Assembly (NCBI GenBank): GCA_951406725.2
Contig: OX597837.1
Coordinates: forward strand, 38,440,001 to 38,504,000
DNA: 64,000 nt
Reading direction: 5' to 3'
Source: Octopus vulgaris
Taxonomy: Eukaryota
Below, piece after piece: positions 63,825-64,000 of this stretch (position 1 is its first letter; every line of letters begins with the position of its first letter). The notes beneath the pieces are model-generated. The model was not told where the DNA came from. It saw only the letters and a program-made list of their open reading frames with translations, and did not search any database. The translations under genes were made by a program, and so were the position numbers.

Positions 63825-63882
<58 letters not shown>

Positions 63883-64000
63883 TGTCTGTGTGTGCACATG
63901 TGTATATATACATATATATACACTCACAGAGAGACAGACATACAGAAAGAGACAGAGAAACAGAGAGGGCGAGAGAGAGAGAGAGAGAGAGGAGAGGAGA

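Larger units (their letters stand above)
63288..63826 (+). mobile_element. Penelope-like inverted pseudo-LTR pair (~220-bp arms) plus ~70-bp unpaired 3' tail, in (TA)n
   Basis: 63288-~63510 is the reverse complement of ~63535-63755, followed by the tail 63756-63826; one hammerhead per arm. Confidence 0.85.

Overview
AT-rich eukaryotic (animal) non-coding DNA, very rich in microsatellites ((TA)n, (TATG)n, (CA)n, (TATC)n, (TTA)n, (GAA)n, (GGT)n) and transposon debris. The SINE families and simple-repeat spectrum look like a coleoid cephalopod, probably Octopus (inference). There is no complete protein-coding gene, and nearly all ORF-track entries are microsatellite translations. Recognisable parts: tRNA-head SINE families; decayed LINE fragments (Tx1/L1, RTE, CR1, R4/Dong-type RLE); Tc1/mariner fragments; two Helitron-type elements; a MITE; and a 65-bp satellite made from a mariner transposase 3' end. 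The strongest unexplained signal is a dense set of self-cleaving-ribozyme motifs. About ten minimal type I hammerhead motifs with palindromic stem III, some with a U3-A8 core swap or a GCAA variant, sit in short Penelope-like pseudo-LTR pieces inserted in (TA)n tracts, often as fold-back inverted repeats. An HDV-like ribozyme fold lies at the 5' end of an RTE-type element. Unique CpG-containing islands look regulatory. The best is a candidate promoter at 25.4-25.9 kb (CCAAT, inverted double ARE/AP-1, TATA, then a 22-codon first exon with a GTATGT donor). All calls were made by eye; no searches or folding were run.
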